DNA of 64,000 bases, taken from the NCBI GenBank assembly GCA_032718475.1, contig JAUCBJ010000295.1, positions 27,981-91,980 on the forward strand, given 5' to 3'. The DNA is from Nemertoderma westbladi. Lineage: Eukaryota > Animalia > Xenacoelomorpha. The position numbers and the translations under genes are program-made. Below, piece after piece: positions 35,228 to 48,071 of the stretch (within the stretch, counting starts at the first letter, position 1; each line of letters opens with the position of its first letter). A model generated the notes under the pieces. That model did no database searches. It was given only the letters and a program-made list of their open reading frames with translations, and had not been told where the DNA came from.

Positions 35228-35534
35228 ATGGGAGCGAATACTATATATTGTTATATAATATTTAGTATCATTTACTTCTGCATATCCTGTGTATCCGCCG
35301 GGAGTAAGGAGGAAGCTATTGGAGTCTTTGCATATCAGAATATACCGGAAGTAAGGGATGCCGTTGATGAACAGGCGGAAACCCAAGCGTCTTTGTTGAC
35401 AATGGGGCTCGGCCTTGGTTTGGGAGGGATAGTCTTTATCATACTCGTTAGCATTCTCTGCTGCTTCTGCTGTGGTTGCTGTTGTTGGGCAGGACGCAGA
35501 GGAGGAGTCACTCAAACTGTTCAAGTAGTTCAAA
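35228..35534 (+). CDS. Exon 1 of a small single-pass membrane protein (signal peptide, short ectodomain, TM helix, juxtamembrane Cys cluster)
   Basis: MGANTIYCYIIFSIIYFCISCVSA; LGLGLGLGGIVFIILVSIL; CCFCCGCCC; phase-1 donor A|GTTAGT at 35535; conserved paralog at 57375. Confidence 0.8.
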
Positions 35535-35810
35535 GTTAGTATTCCTTGTTACCTGATCTTGTTTAAGCGTACAATTACGTACGCAGCTGCAGGTAGGAAC
35601 GCAACCATTGCATCAGACCAGCAGACGCGCTCAATAATGGTTCGAAATAGCTTAGACTAACTGGCTAACGGATAGAATATTAGAATATCTGGGATCAAAT
35701 TTACTGAGTATTTTGTTAAAGTTTTTATCGAATCGATTATAATTTTTATAAATGGATTTTGCAAATTCATCATTGAGCTATAATTTACCTATTTATATCT
35801 ATTTACCTAT

Positions 35811-37009
35811 TGTTCGCGCTTTCAGACCTTTGGCAGTTTAACCCGCCAAATTAAGATGTCTTCTAGATATTAAATCGCTTTTTAGCCTATGACAAGTATT
35901 TGATTCACTACACTAGTCGAAACCAATCCGTGCGCGACCATTCACCCGCTGGATATTCCCGGGAGATTGGGTTCGACGGTTTAATTTTATTGCTATGTAA
36001 GCTTAATGTATTATTCGACTGACAGTATTATATAATCTCTGACAATATTATTCACCTTCGGGAATATTAACAGTTCCTTTAGGACGTGGCGCTTTATCTA
36101 TATAAACAGAGTTATGACTTAAACTACTCACAACGATATGGCTCAATTATAATTAACATATATGGCGCATTCTTTAGGAATGCTTCTTTAACAGACTCAC
36201 TCATACGCAATGCTGCACAATACTGCACACTAATCTGCCAATCTTCACTGATTTTAGTCACATATAAAAGGAACACAGACTGACTCATGTAGGGTCTACC
36301 AAATAACATTAGATTCACTTCAAACCACTTTAACATAAGTCACAATCGTTATTGGTAACCTTTCTCTCTTACCTTCGGTATATCAAGAATATTGGGTTTT
36401 CGGGGTTATTTCTCGTTATTCCAAATATAATAATTCATCAACCATATTATGAAGAACTGACAGTAAATAGCAGTATAACAATATAAAAGTATGCACAGTG
36501 TTACACAGTATGCAGTGTATGCAGTACCGCAGTATGCAGTGATTACGAAATTGCAGTTAAAGGATATATGTCCTTATAATTAAACCTACTAGTGTTGAGC
36601 TAAAAAGCATAAAACATAAAACACTAAAAAGCCGTTCTTTCGTGGCTTTGAAAAACTCGTGACTACTGCTCTGTACGAGGATACCAACTCCCTTATTCCA
36701 CGAAGCTCCCGTTCAACACAGAGAAAGAGCAGTGAGATAGGAAATTTTCAGTTCAGCAGCTCTGTGATAGGTCAAAATCAAGGCTAACTCAAATTCTATT
36801 GGGAGATACAAAAACAAGGCTATGACGCAACCTCCCTAGGCTTGTTGGCCGATTAAACAGAGCCCAGATGCCTGCGTACAGCAAATCAGCCAATAAGCTG
36901 GTAACTTGCACTATTTTTAGCTGTAGATCACTTTGAGAGTATTCTTAGCGACTGGGGGGGAACTGGCCAACAAGGCAAACGAATCAGTTATCCCACAAAA
37001 GCTTTTACA
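35811..37009 (-). repeat. 3' LTR of element 3
   Basis: Direct repeat at offset 10500, TG...CA ends, adjacent PPT-like GGGAGCGG. Confidence 0.96.
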
Positions 37010-37029
37010 CCGCTCCCAGAAAATGGGAT

Positions 37030-38418
37030 TTAAGTCTATAAAATATACAAAATCACAGTTTCTAAAATATAAAAATACTCTAAACAGTTAGTCTTTCTTG
37101 CGCGGACGGCGTTTACGCAGTTTCTTGAGGCTAGCAAGAGTCCTTTTCTCTTTGGGGGGAGCCACTTTACTAGGAGGGCCATAACTCCTGGGTGAAGGGT
37201 GCAATATGATTGCATTAAAAGGTTTGGGTTTACGGTCGGTGTCTCGTCCATTTCGATATGCTTCTCCTCGAGCTGATTTTCCTCCGCTTGTCATGGGATA
37301 CGTTCGTCCAAAACTCTTGCAGAGAATAGGGTTTTCTAAGCTTGATATCTTCTTTGAGATTCGAGGTTTCCCAATCGAACTGAGATAAGGCCAATTCGTT
37401 TATCGATTGGACTTACTATTATAACTTACGTTTATCTGAACAAACGCAGGTTTCCTTTTTGATCTTTATAGAATAGCGTTTAACTCGTTTCGTACAACGC
37501 TCTCCTTCATCTTGATGAGGGGTTGTATCGCGTTAGACGTGGACGACCATACAGTTGGATAGTGATATTAGGTGTCCGCGTCACAATCCGGCTAGGTAAG
37601 ATGGGCGGCTAGCTAGAAATCACTGTCAGAGTGTTACCGATTAATTGTTAGGGTAGCACTAGATCTTTGAACAGTGAATACAGTCCGCGAGGATCCGCGA
37701 CACCACCAGGATCGCAGGTCTGAGGTCCAACTAAGGAATGAGGAGGTTTGACCGAGTATTCCGGGACTCTGATCGTAGGTTTACTCTAGGATCGTTAGGG
37801 CCGAGTGAGCATAGGTGATACGTCAAACAAGTTTCGCTCGAAACTCCAGTAAATATAACGAACACAACTGTGTTTATCACAACGTTTCCGTGGATGTTTA
37901 TGTCTTTCCGTTTATTGGCTGGATCTAGGGCATTTACCGTAATAATACCAAAGACGCACGTTTGGTAGGGGAAACGCGGATGATATTTATTTGTTGTTAC
38001 AATGCTTCTATCAAGAATTCCAAATATATGTTGGAGTTACCGCGTTTATTTGTTTCTTTAATGTCTTTTCTTTCGAGCCGATTTCGAATAGAATTTTCGC
38101 ATTCGAATTTCAGCTTATGGTTCCGACTCCTCTGGGCAGGATATATAGTCGACATAGTCCGTATTGTGTAAATTGATAGAATGACCAGTAGTTAAGAAGC
38201 CCATATACGTACCATTACGCTGCGTATATCGAGCGGTGAATTTCTTATAGTCCAACTCACGCGTGAGCTGCTCTTGGGACATTGGCGGTTCGATATAACG
38301 ACCATCATCCTTCGTAGTAGTTGGACTAGTATCACCGCGTATCAAGCTATCAACAAACGTTTGAAAGTAGAATATATCGTTCCCCGATACCAAGACCATC
38401 TTCTATCAACTCCGTCAT
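37030..38418 (-). pseudogene. Heavily decayed accessory ORF of element 3
   Basis: 5' part homologous to 21583-22029 (FVDSLIRG..DDGRYIEPPMSQEQLTRELDY.KFTARYT); many stops, and the downstream part is divergent. Confidence 0.6.
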
Positions 38419-40075
38419 ATCTGCTATATATGAGTTTATCCATATTATAATGAGTTTATATTTAGGCGAGCGGGCGTCGCTGCCTACCCAATCAACCCCC
38501 GGACAGTACGAGATCCTCAGCGCCGATGTGTCGTCGCCGCTGTACTTTCGCCAACGACGTAGCCGCACAACGACAACGACAACCGGCACAAGTCACTCGA
38601 CTGTCCGTCCCAAAGGCTTAGATGTACTTCAGGTTTTCCTTGGAGAGTTAGGTTACTTTTACGATTGCGACTAGCTACTGTAAACACACCTTAGCAGTAA
38701 CATTCACCTATAAACTCACAAATACCACACACACCACTTGTCACAAATTACACACATTCGGGCCATTTGTCCGTTAGTCAATGCCTTCCAGAATGTCACT
38801 GTATTATTATGTATCCTTGGATACTAGTAGTGCGCTATTTATTCCCTATGCTATTCAATGGGACAAGCTTTCTATTGTTCTTTTAACTCAATTCTAATTC
38901 TAGCGTGGTTGTTGCTATGGTGACATTATGCAAAGCTAGCGGTAGAATTAGAGTAATTCCAATGCATACAGATCTGGGATGTTATTTAATAGTATTCTTT
39001 AATAGTCAATGTTCTGTTTTATACATGACTTTATGAATTTTATCGGCTATTGACTATGTTTGGGAGACTTTCACACACTCATACGCATGATAAGATAAAT
39101 CTCCGCTCCCTTGATCTATTAATTAATGGAATTTTGGGAACTTTATAAATTGCGTAAAAATGGCAATTTATTAAATTCATTAAAAGGCATGAATTTAAAT
39201 TTATTCCCTGAAATTTTATTATTTGACAACTAAATGGACATATTTTGATTCTAGAACATGTCTGGGGACACAAGATCCTTAATTCTATGACCATTGTCTT
39301 TTTAAGAATATCGGTAAATGCTACGATATCTTAATTGACTAGAATTATTGCAGGATCTGAAATTTACAGATTTTGATTTATTAGATTTTGCAAATATTAA
39401 TTAATTAATATTTGAGATGGGCACCGATTTATTCCAGAACTTGTCTGGGGACGTTAACCACTGATTCTAGAATTTGTCTTTCAAGTATATCGGTGGGTGC
39501 CGCGATATCTTAATCGACTAGAATTACAGATGGTCAAAGGGTTTAACAGATTTATTTTGCGTTATACGCTACTGTTAAAGGGACATCACGATACTATATG
39601 TATTATTTAATATACGGTATGAGAGCAATATCGCACGAAGCAATGTCAGTGTGAAGAGGCAAGTCGTTTCCAAGGTCTACCCAGAGCTTGGTTTAGCCGA
39701 GACACAAGGATCTGAACTTTGCATTCCTAATACTCTGCCTACCAATAATACTTGAATATAGTAGTGGCTTTATTGTACTTTAATAAGTACGGACATTTCA
39801 TCTTACTGTAGTTACGTATTTGTAATGTAATACGGACAGTAAGGAAAGAGGAAAAGAATTATTTCTTGCCGTCGCATTAAATATAATATATACGTAATTA
39901 AGTAATAAACGCGAATATATATTGCACTAATCTACTAAATAATCGCTAAAATAACATTCTACTGAATAAAATTAAAGAAAACGATTATAATAGAATTACA
40001 TAGTAATACATACATAAATATAAAAATAATAAAATAATATAAAATAATAGAGTCACACACCCACTCCATATGTTG

Positions 40076-43000
40076 TTACGTTATGGAGTCCCTAGATGTT
40101 TGAAGGATTAGGGAGGTGGTCGTGGGAAGAGAATCTTGCCTTCCACAGTTTCCGGAGAGTCCTCCATTCCCTTCCGATAAACACAAACGACCGACTGGGT
40201 GATTGAGTCGCTGCATCCTGAATACAATTCCAGGTTTCCTCTTCGTCCTGGAATAGTGACGATAGAAACATCGCTCAAAGTATATGACGGCGTCACAAAG
40301 CCGATTCCAGGAGCTATAGTGGTCCGTCGCTCTCTGCAGGAGAGGTGAGAGTCCCTGCGAGACGTCTGATGTTCCAGAGCTCCAATAGCTCTCTCTGATC
40401 TTCATGAAGGATCCACTCGCGGAGGGGAGGCCCAGATCCACGGCGTCGTCCCTGGCAACATGTAATACCGACAGATCTATCCCGGGTTCAAATAACTCCG
40501 ATCCACCCGTCCGGGTTTCAGGTTCGACTTTCTCCGCTCCCTTGGCTGGTCTAATCTCAGTCGGAGTAAGATGGGAAGGCCATTCATTCTCCTTACTCAG
40601 GAAGTCGGGTTCACCTAACCGGTCTATAGTATCTGTCAGTTCTTGAGGAGTTGCTCCTCTGGAAGCGATGTCCGTTGGATTAAACTTCTTGGGGCAATAT
40701 CTCCATTGATCTACATTGGAGCTAAGATTGTCATTATCTGAGGAGTGTGGTGTTCCCTCAGTTGGGTCGTCTCCCTCACTAGTATCATCTTCCCATTCAC
40801 TCACCTGGCAGACGCGATCTTGAAGCAGTCTTTCCCTGAGCGTTCTACCGGAAGGTCCAGTAAGGTACCAACCTACTCTAGTTCTTACCGCATAGGTCTG
40901 TAGTGGCTGCGGTTGAGCAGGCCGTTTCTCTAATGTCTCCAGCGCCTCATGCGCGTTTTGGCCGATGAGTATTTGCACTCCAGGATAATCAGTCTGGAAT
41001 CGAGGTATGTTAAGATGTTGGATGCTCTCATCCTCGTCCCAATTATAAAGGTCTGCTTGAGTAGTAGCGAAGTTCTTTATAGCCACCATTTTCACTGACC
41101 TGATGCTATGTTCTCCTAGTTCGTCCTGGGGGGTGGACAACTCACCTATATAATAGTCGGCAGCTACAGTAGAATTCCAAACCTGCATGATCCCTGACAG
41201 GTTTAGCTTGGTTCGGAACTTGGGTTGTCCAGCAAAGATGACTTCGGCTAGTTCCCTATCGATGAATGTTCCTGTGCTACCGGAGTCCAGGAGGGCGTTC
41301 ACTATATAGCTCTTCTGAGGTCCGTGGACCCGTAACTGGACTACAGGAAATTCTCGGATTCCTATATTGGAAGTTGGCGCTTTCCAAGATGGTTGTTGAT
41401 CGGAAGTAGTTAAGGTAAGGTCGCTGTCTGTGTCTTTCTCATACACGAGTGCTCGATACACTGCGGTGGTGTTTATTAGGTAACAGGATTCGTTTTGGTC
41501 GGAGAACTCGTCCGTATAGAATCCTTCCATCTCAGATTGATCAGTGTCGTTCACATCACTGAATTGGACATGTAGTTCGGACTCACTTACCTGACTCGGG
41601 CTGTTTCGTTCGAATTCCGTGTGCAACAAGATATGATGTTTTGCGCCGCACTTTGCACACCTTGCGTCGGAGTTACAGGTTCGCCGTTGGTGTCCTCGTC
41701 TGAGGCAATTATAACACAACCGCTTATCCCACATGACTTCACGTCTATCCTTTAGTGATTTCCTCAGGAATTTATCACACGCATTTAAACGGTGGGGCCC
41801 GTCGCACAGCACACATTTCGGCTTGATGTTACTTACTTTAACCTGTGCTATGTGGTGCACACTTGTTCTTTCCTCGGGCTTTCTCACCTGAATTCTTTTA
41901 GGAGACGTAGGAAGGGTTTTTTGTACCGGTTCCCTTCTGTCATTGGGTCGAGACTCGGATTTACTTACCTGATCTTTAGGCATTTTATTGACATAATAAG
42001 ATCTGTCAGTGTCTTTCCCGCTGTCCTCTCCTTGAGAAGTTTGGCTTTCACCGTCGTCGGTATAACATACTGGTGTTACCCTTCTCCTAGAAACGGGTTT
42101 CTCACTTACCTTGTTTTCCAATGTCTTCTCTCTGGACTGCCTTAGGAGCTGTAATTTCACTTCTCCATCTAAGAATGACATGAGATCAGCCATGGTAGGG
42201 TCTCGTCGTTGTTGTTCCATCATATATAACACTTTCTTATCCCAGCGTGTACCTACTCCACCCTTCGGTAAAGCAGAAGCCACTGCTCTAATAACCATAG
42301 CACTCTGATACTCATGAGACTTACCTAGCCAATCTAATTGTCTGCAGATCTCCTGAATTTCATCGGAAAACTCTATAATCCCGCTGCTAATAAACTTTCG
42401 GGGCGCTACCAACTTTGCATACAAATACCCAGCTATGTTATTCCTATTACCATACCTGATGTTTAGTGTATCCCAAACTTGTCTTAATCCGTCTGGATGT
42501 CCAATAAACCTTAACGCCATTAACTTGGGAGATCCTTCCAAGCACTCGATGAGGTATCTAAGTTTTTCTCCATTAGATAGTACGGAGTTCTGTATGTTAT
42601 CTTTGTAATATTCATTAAAAGGTAACCATTTCATCTCATCTCCATTGAACTTGACGATCTCTCCCACCTTTACCGCTTGCCGGGCTTCGGTTCTAGCCAT
42701 TTGACGCGTAAAACTTTCTTGGGCCATCGTGTTATTTAATATCGAGTTATTGGTATATAAATTTCTCGGATTATGATCAGTTCTATAGGGAATGTCATTA
42801 TCAACAGGTCTATAATTACCCTTAATAGGGTTCACTATAGGAGTTTCTACTTCGCTAGCAGTATATATGCGTGTAGGCTCCACACCTTGCGCATGCGATA
42901 CTTCAGACCTAACGGGTTGACACATTGTTACAGAGGGTGGTGGTATACCCTTTTGGGTGTTTACTAATTTATCGCGTTCAAGCGCGATACTTTGCTGCAC

Positions 43001-44095
43001 TTCTTGCAACTCTAGCCTACTTTCCCTTACTGTGCCCTTGAATTGTTGGACAGTCTCCTGCATCTGCCCGAGCAGGAGATCCATCCCCCGCCGTCTCTCG
43101 TCCACCCATTCGACCGCCGAAGCGGGAGTCGCCAACGTCGTAGCGGGCGGACGAGGGACAACGGGCGACAAATTGTGAATATTTCGCTCGGGGTCCAGGA
43201 CCTGAACTGTCTCCTGGGCAGTTCTGCGGGGCACAGGTAGCTTAGTGCTATGCAGAGGGAATTTAGAGGTAGTTTCAGGGAGCACAGGTGTGTCTATCAC
43301 CGAAGGAGTGATTTCAAGAACAGGCCTAATTATTTCAGGCTCATCTACTATAGTAGGGAGTCTTTCTATTTTAATTATTTGGTCTGTGGGCTCTGTACTA
43401 CCTAAGTTGGTGTTATTTAGTTGCCTTCTAACAGCTGGAGGCAAATCCGGCAATTTCTGACGGTGGAATGTTCTTTTACGTCTACTTAGACGAGATCTAT
43501 TTCCCTTGCCTTCAGTATCGGTGGTATCGCCTTCCTCAGATGATGTATATCCCTGTCTTTTGGGAGTAGATCGATTCATCATCTGCATATTACTAGCTGT
43601 TAACTGTTTATTTATGCAGTCTTGATTCTCCTGAATGTTTTCCAATTCTAATTGGGTGGTTTCTTCAGCCGCTCTCCGTTTTGCTTCTACCACTGCCGCT
43701 GCCACTTTTGCCTCTGCCGCTGCCTCTGCCGCTGCCGCCTTTCTTTCTGCTTCTGCAGCTGCCACTGCTGCTGCTACTGCCGCTGCCTTTCTGTCTTCTA
43801 TGCGTTTTTTCTTTACTTGTTCTTCTTGTTCTCTAGCGATGCGGAGTTGTTCATCGAATTTAGCTTGGTTCGCCGCTAACCTATCCACATCAATCGCATC
43901 TAACACGAGTTTGGCTCCTTCGCTATTAGGGCTAAGTCCCTTTAACCTTCTCCTCAACTCTTCATCTCCCAAAAAACGCTGATAGTCTGACAGATAGATG
44001 TCAATGGCATCCCTCTTATGCGGTTTCTCTGCTGTCACTTCGCTCTCGGTTGTATCTAGTAGACTGTCTGACAGATTCTGCTTTGCGTCAGACAT
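40076..44095 (-). CDS. BEL/Pao Gag-protease polyprotein (1339 aa) with Pol remnants
   Basis: Close homolog of 23659-27843; three knuckles, LLDSGS, QWRYC..NPTDIASRG, YSSWNRL, terminal HPVGRLCL; RT and IN cores absent. Confidence 0.93.
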   Translation of the reverse strand: MSDAKQNLSDSLLDTTESEVTAEKPHKRDAIDIYLSDYQRFLGDEELRRRLKGLSPNSEGAKLVLDAIDVDRLAANQAKFDEQLRIAREQEEQVKKKRIEDRKAAAVAAAVAAAEAERKAAAAEAAAEAKVAAAVVEAKRRAAEETTQLELENIQENQDCINKQLTASNMQMMNRSTPKRQGYTSSEEGDTTDTEGKGNRSRLSRRKRTFHRQKLPDLPPAVRRQLNNTNLGSTEPTDQIIKIERLPTIVDEPEIIRPVLEITPSVIDTPVLPETTSKFPLHSTKLPVPRRTAQETVQVLDPERNIHNLSPVVPRPPATTLATPASAVEWVDERRRGMDLLLGQMQETVQQFKGTVRESRLELQEVQQSIALERDKLVNTQKGIPPPSVTMCQPVRSEVSHAQGVEPTRIYTASEVETPIVNPIKGNYRPVDNDIPYRTDHNPRNLYTNNSILNNTMAQESFTRQMARTEARQAVKVGEIVKFNGDEMKWLPFNEYYKDNIQNSVLSNGEKLRYLIECLEGSPKLMALRFIGHPDGLRQVWDTLNIRYGNRNNIAGYLYAKLVAPRKFISSGIIEFSDEIQEICRQLDWLGKSHEYQSAMVIRAVASALPKGGVGTRWDKKVLYMMEQQRRDPTMADLMSFLDGEVKLQLLRQSREKTLENKVSEKPVSRRRVTPVCYTDDGESQTSQGEDSGKDTDRSYYVNKMPKDQVSKSESRPNDRREPVQKTLPTSPKRIQVRKPEERTSVHHIAQVKVSNIKPKCVLCDGPHRLNACDKFLRKSLKDRREVMWDKRLCYNCLRRGHQRRTCNSDARCAKCGAKHHILLHTEFERNSPSQVSESELHVQFSDVNDTDQSEMEGFYTDEFSDQNESCYLINTTAVYRALVYEKDTDSDLTLTTSDQQPSWKAPTSNIGIREFPVVQLRVHGPQKSYIVNALLDSGSTGTFIDRELAEVIFAGQPKFRTKLNLSGIMQVWNSTVAADYYIGELSTPQDELGEHSIRSVKMVAIKNFATTQADLYNWDEDESIQHLNIPRFQTDYPGVQILIGQNAHEALETLEKRPAQPQPLQTYAVRTRVGWYLTGPSGRTLRERLLQDRVCQVSEWEDDTSEGDDPTEGTPHSSDNDNLSSNVDQWRYCPKKFNPTDIASRGATPQELTDTIDRLGEPDFLSKENEWPSHLTPTEIRPAKGAEKVEPETRTGGSELFEPGIDLSVLHVARDDAVDLGLPSASGSFMKIRESYWSSGTSDVSQGLSPLLQRATDHYSSWNRLCDAVIYFERCFYRHYSRTKRKPGIVFRMQRLNHPVGRLCLSEGNGGLSGNCGRQDSLPTTTSLILQTSRDSIT

Positions 44096-46310
44096 GCTTA
44101 TGTGTACAGTTGAATGTCTACTGCTGTATTACAGTCTGAGCAAGTCTAGTAACTCAGTATTAACTGCTAGCCTAGTAATTAATTACCGGTACTGCTACTC
44201 AGTGTAGCGTGATATATATAATATATTAGAATACCGGTATGCTTATAGTATATATAACTATTATTACAGACTAGGTTTATCACAGAATACCGGTATAATT
44301 TTAGCACAAATATATATAAAAATATAATAGGCCTATCGGAATACCGGTATACAGCTTACAGTTTGTAGTATATATAATTCTGAAATAGAATTAATTACAC
44401 GTACCGGTATAATTTCAGCCTAGATTTATAGAAATAAAGATAATAGGCCTATCGTAAATACCGGTATATCAATTATTTTAAATAACTGAATTTCTGAACT
44501 TTAGGGTTACTTGGTTACTTTAACTTACTTTATTACCGTTATTTAAGCAGTAATCCAACTGATATTGAGACCTAATGGTTGTATGGTAGGCCTACTATTT
44601 ATAAATCGTTAGATTTGATTTATAATATATATATACCCGTTTTAATGGGTTTTGTCTATGTTTGAAATAAATGTTATTATTTCTGGGGTAATCACTACAC
44701 AAAGCGGTGCGCTTTCAGTGAAGTGTTACGTATAGGACACTAAAACAAATAATTATAATTTACCTAAGTTACTTAATACTACAAATTACGTACAATTCGG
44801 GTTGAGATTACAATCTCTAAATAAACACAAAAATTTACAAAAAACACAAAATACGAATTTTTAGGGTAATTTTGCAAGAAGTCTACAAACCAGCCTAACA
44901 AAGGGTTAGAAAACTGGTTATTACAACGGACAGGGTACTACGGTATTTGAAATAATAAGTAGTAGTAAATACACTGCGTTGTCTAGATAGGAAAATACCA
45001 CCGCCTGACGACCTATAGCCGTATCGCTATAGGTTCTACGTTATGTATCACGGAGTGTTCCTACCTAGAAGTTAATAGAGCTAATCGAATGTGCCTATCA
45101 ACCACTTTACAACACAAATATAATGCCTACAATAATTACTTCGGAAAGTACTGTACACTAAACCCTAAATTAGGTACGAGTACTTGTACAACAGATAATC
45201 AGTAGTTAAATATACTTGAACAGCTAAAAGAACCACGGCATCTGCTGGAGTGACCGATGCACAAAATCACCAGTCTTTACCTACGCCGAGCAGCCCGTGT
45301 AGTACCGGGGTTAATTTAACTATAGCGGTATGTATAACAAACACAATTACTGTAGGAACAAACTTGGGGAATGAATGTTGCTGATAATCGCATAAACTCT
45401 GAATAATAAATATTACGCTACGCGTACAAACTACTCAAACAAACAGACCGAACACTGACAGGCTACTATCAAGCCTAAACAAACTACGGTATATGCAGAC
45501 TCCGAAATGATTAGGGAGTATGCGCTCTAACCCAGTAGTGCGACTTATTCTTTAGTTGGGGGTTTACCTTACAGCGTTCGCTGCCCCTACTGCCTAACCG
45601 TACTTAATCGGACAGATGATCTACACACGCGGCAATCCGTTCAGACCTAATAACAGCCGGACAACTATCCAGCCTACAAATTATCTAAATAAAATTATAC
45701 GCTACCCGTACAGACTTACACAAACAAAGTACAGACTAAACGATGGCAGACTACTCTCAAGCCTAAATAAACTACAGGACATGCAGACTCCGAAATGATT
45801 AGGGAGTATGCGCTCTAACCCAGTAGTGCGACTTATTCTTTAGTTGGGGGTTTACCTTACAGCGTTCGCTGCCCCTACTGCCTAATCGTACTTAATCGGA
45901 CAGGTGATCTACACACACTGCAATTCGTTCGGACCTAACAGCAATCAGACAACAGCTCAGCCTACAAATCGTCTGTACAATCTGATCAGGTTTACACGCC
46001 TTCTGTTCAATACTGGCCTACAAATAAATAAAACTTGACAGAAATAAGTAAAATCTCAATAAAAAATCAGGGCGGCCGTTCCCTGATTAAGTACTAAGAC
46101 CTACCGGTATACAACAATCAAATCGAATAATACTAGTGTACTTATACGGAAGTACCGGTTAGGACAGCTAGGCCTACGGAATACAGAAGTACCGGTTCTA
46201 GCGGTTGGGCCTACTGACTACTGACCTACAGATGTACCGGTTCAGGTTTACCGGTTGACCGGTACTTTCAACTTTATTGCTTACTGCAACAAAGAAGCTA
46301 TATCCTTTAA

Positions 46311-47509
46311 TGTTCGCGCTTTCAGACCTTTGGCAGTTTAACCCGCCAAATTAAGATGTCTTCTAGATATTAAATCGCTTTTTAGCCTATGACAAGTATT
46401 TGATTCACTACACTAGTCGAAACCAATCCGTGCGCGACCATTCACCCGCTGGATATTCCCGGGAGATTGGGTTCGACGGTTTAATTTTATTGCTATGTAA
46501 GCTTAATGTATTATTCGACTGACAGTATTATATAATCTCTGACAATATTATTCACCTTCGGGAATATTAACAGTTCCTTTAGGACGTGGCGCTTTATCTA
46601 TATAAACAGAGTTATGACTTAAACTACTCACAACGATATGGCTCAATTATAATTAACATATATGGCGCATTCTTTAGGAATGCTTCTTTAACAGACTCAC
46701 TCATACGCAATGCTGCACAATACTGCACACTAATCTGCCAATCTTCACTGATTTTAGTCACATATAAAAGGAACACAGACTGACTCATGTAGGGTCTACC
46801 AAATAACATTAGATTCACTTCAAACCACTTTAACATAAGTCACAATCGTTATTGGTAACCTTTCTCTCTTACCTTCGGTATATCAAGAATATTGGGTTTT
46901 CGGGGTTATTTCTCGTTATTCCAAATATAATAATTCATCAACCATATTATGAAGAACTGACAGTAAATAGCAGTATAACAATATAAAAGTATGCACAGTG
47001 TTACACAGTATGCAGTGTATGCAGTACCGCAGTATGCAGTGATTACGAAATTGCAGTTAAAGGATATATGTCCTTATAATTAAACCTACTAGTGTTGAGC
47101 TAAAAAGCATAAAACATAAAACACTAAAAAGCCGTTCTTTCGTGGCTTTGAAAAACTCGTGACTACTGCTCTGTACGAGGATACCAACTCCCTTATTCCA
47201 CGAAGCTCCCGTTCAACACAGAGAAAGAGCAGTGAGATAGGAAATTTTCAGTTCAGCAGCTCTGTGATAGGTCAAAATCAAGGCTAACTCAAATTCTATT
47301 GGGAGATACAAAAACAAGGCTATGACGCAACCTCCCTAGGCTTGTTGGCCGATTAAACAGAGCCCAGATGCCTGCGTACAGCAAATCAGCCAATAAGCTG
47401 GTAACTTGCACTATTTTTAGCTGTAGATCACTTTGAGAGTATTCTTAGCGACTGGGGGGGAACTGGCCAACAAGGCAAACGAATCAGTTATCCCACAAAA
47501 GCTTTTACA
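46311..47509 (-). repeat. 5' LTR of element 3
   Basis: Direct repeat of 35811-37009. Confidence 0.96.
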
Positions 47510-47619
47510 CCTATATATATGTATTTATATCTATTTATACCTATTTATATCTTTGAGATATAATTTAACATTTATAAACAAATTAAATTCAATTAAAAAA
47601 TCTTTGAATTAATTATAAA

Positions 47620-48034
47620 GAATAACTACGTGAGATAATAACTACGCATCCCACGTGAGGAACCGCCCGCAGCTCCATGGGACCAGGGTGACGCCATCCA
47701 CTCGCTTCCCGTCCGTCCCCTCTACACAAGTCTAGTGGCTCCATCCAGCGTAGTGGGGGACACCACAGCTGGTCAAACCGGGCACAGCTGTGGGGCTCGG
47801 TTGCCACAAGTCTCGGGCTCGGTCACCAGTACATCGATTAAAATGATCCGAGTTGGATCGGTACACCAGCCTCGGACTGGCACCCAAGATGAGTGCCAAC
47901 CGAGATCCAGAACTGCGAGTTCGTCAGCTTCAGTTCCAGAGAGCTGATGGGGATGGCGCCTCCCGGGAAGGGGTGGGGGGGGGGGGGGGGGGCGTTTACT
48001 GGAGACTCGAAGAGGGAATAGGAAATCAAATTAT
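47620..48034. other. GC-rich, highly base-paired ~415-bp insertion flanked by a 12-bp direct repeat
   Basis: ATTAATTATAAA at 47608-47619 and 48035-48046; six hairpins enclosed by a terminal stem; absent from the paralog intron. Confidence 0.6.
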
Positions 48035-48071
48035 ATTAATTATAAACCAATTATAATCTGTTTTATTTCAG

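Larger units (their letters stand above)
35811..47509 (-). mobile_element. Non-autonomous BEL/Pao LTR element 3 (Gag-PR only), intronic and antisense to the host gene
   Basis: 1199-bp LTRs at 35811-37009 and 46311-47509 appear identical; 5-bp TSD CCTAT at 35806-35810 and 47510-47514. Confidence 0.96.

Noticed and set aside
47905-47950. Hammerhead ribozyme (CTGACGA on the minus strand)
   Set aside because: No GAAA after stem II and no matching cleavage triplet geometry
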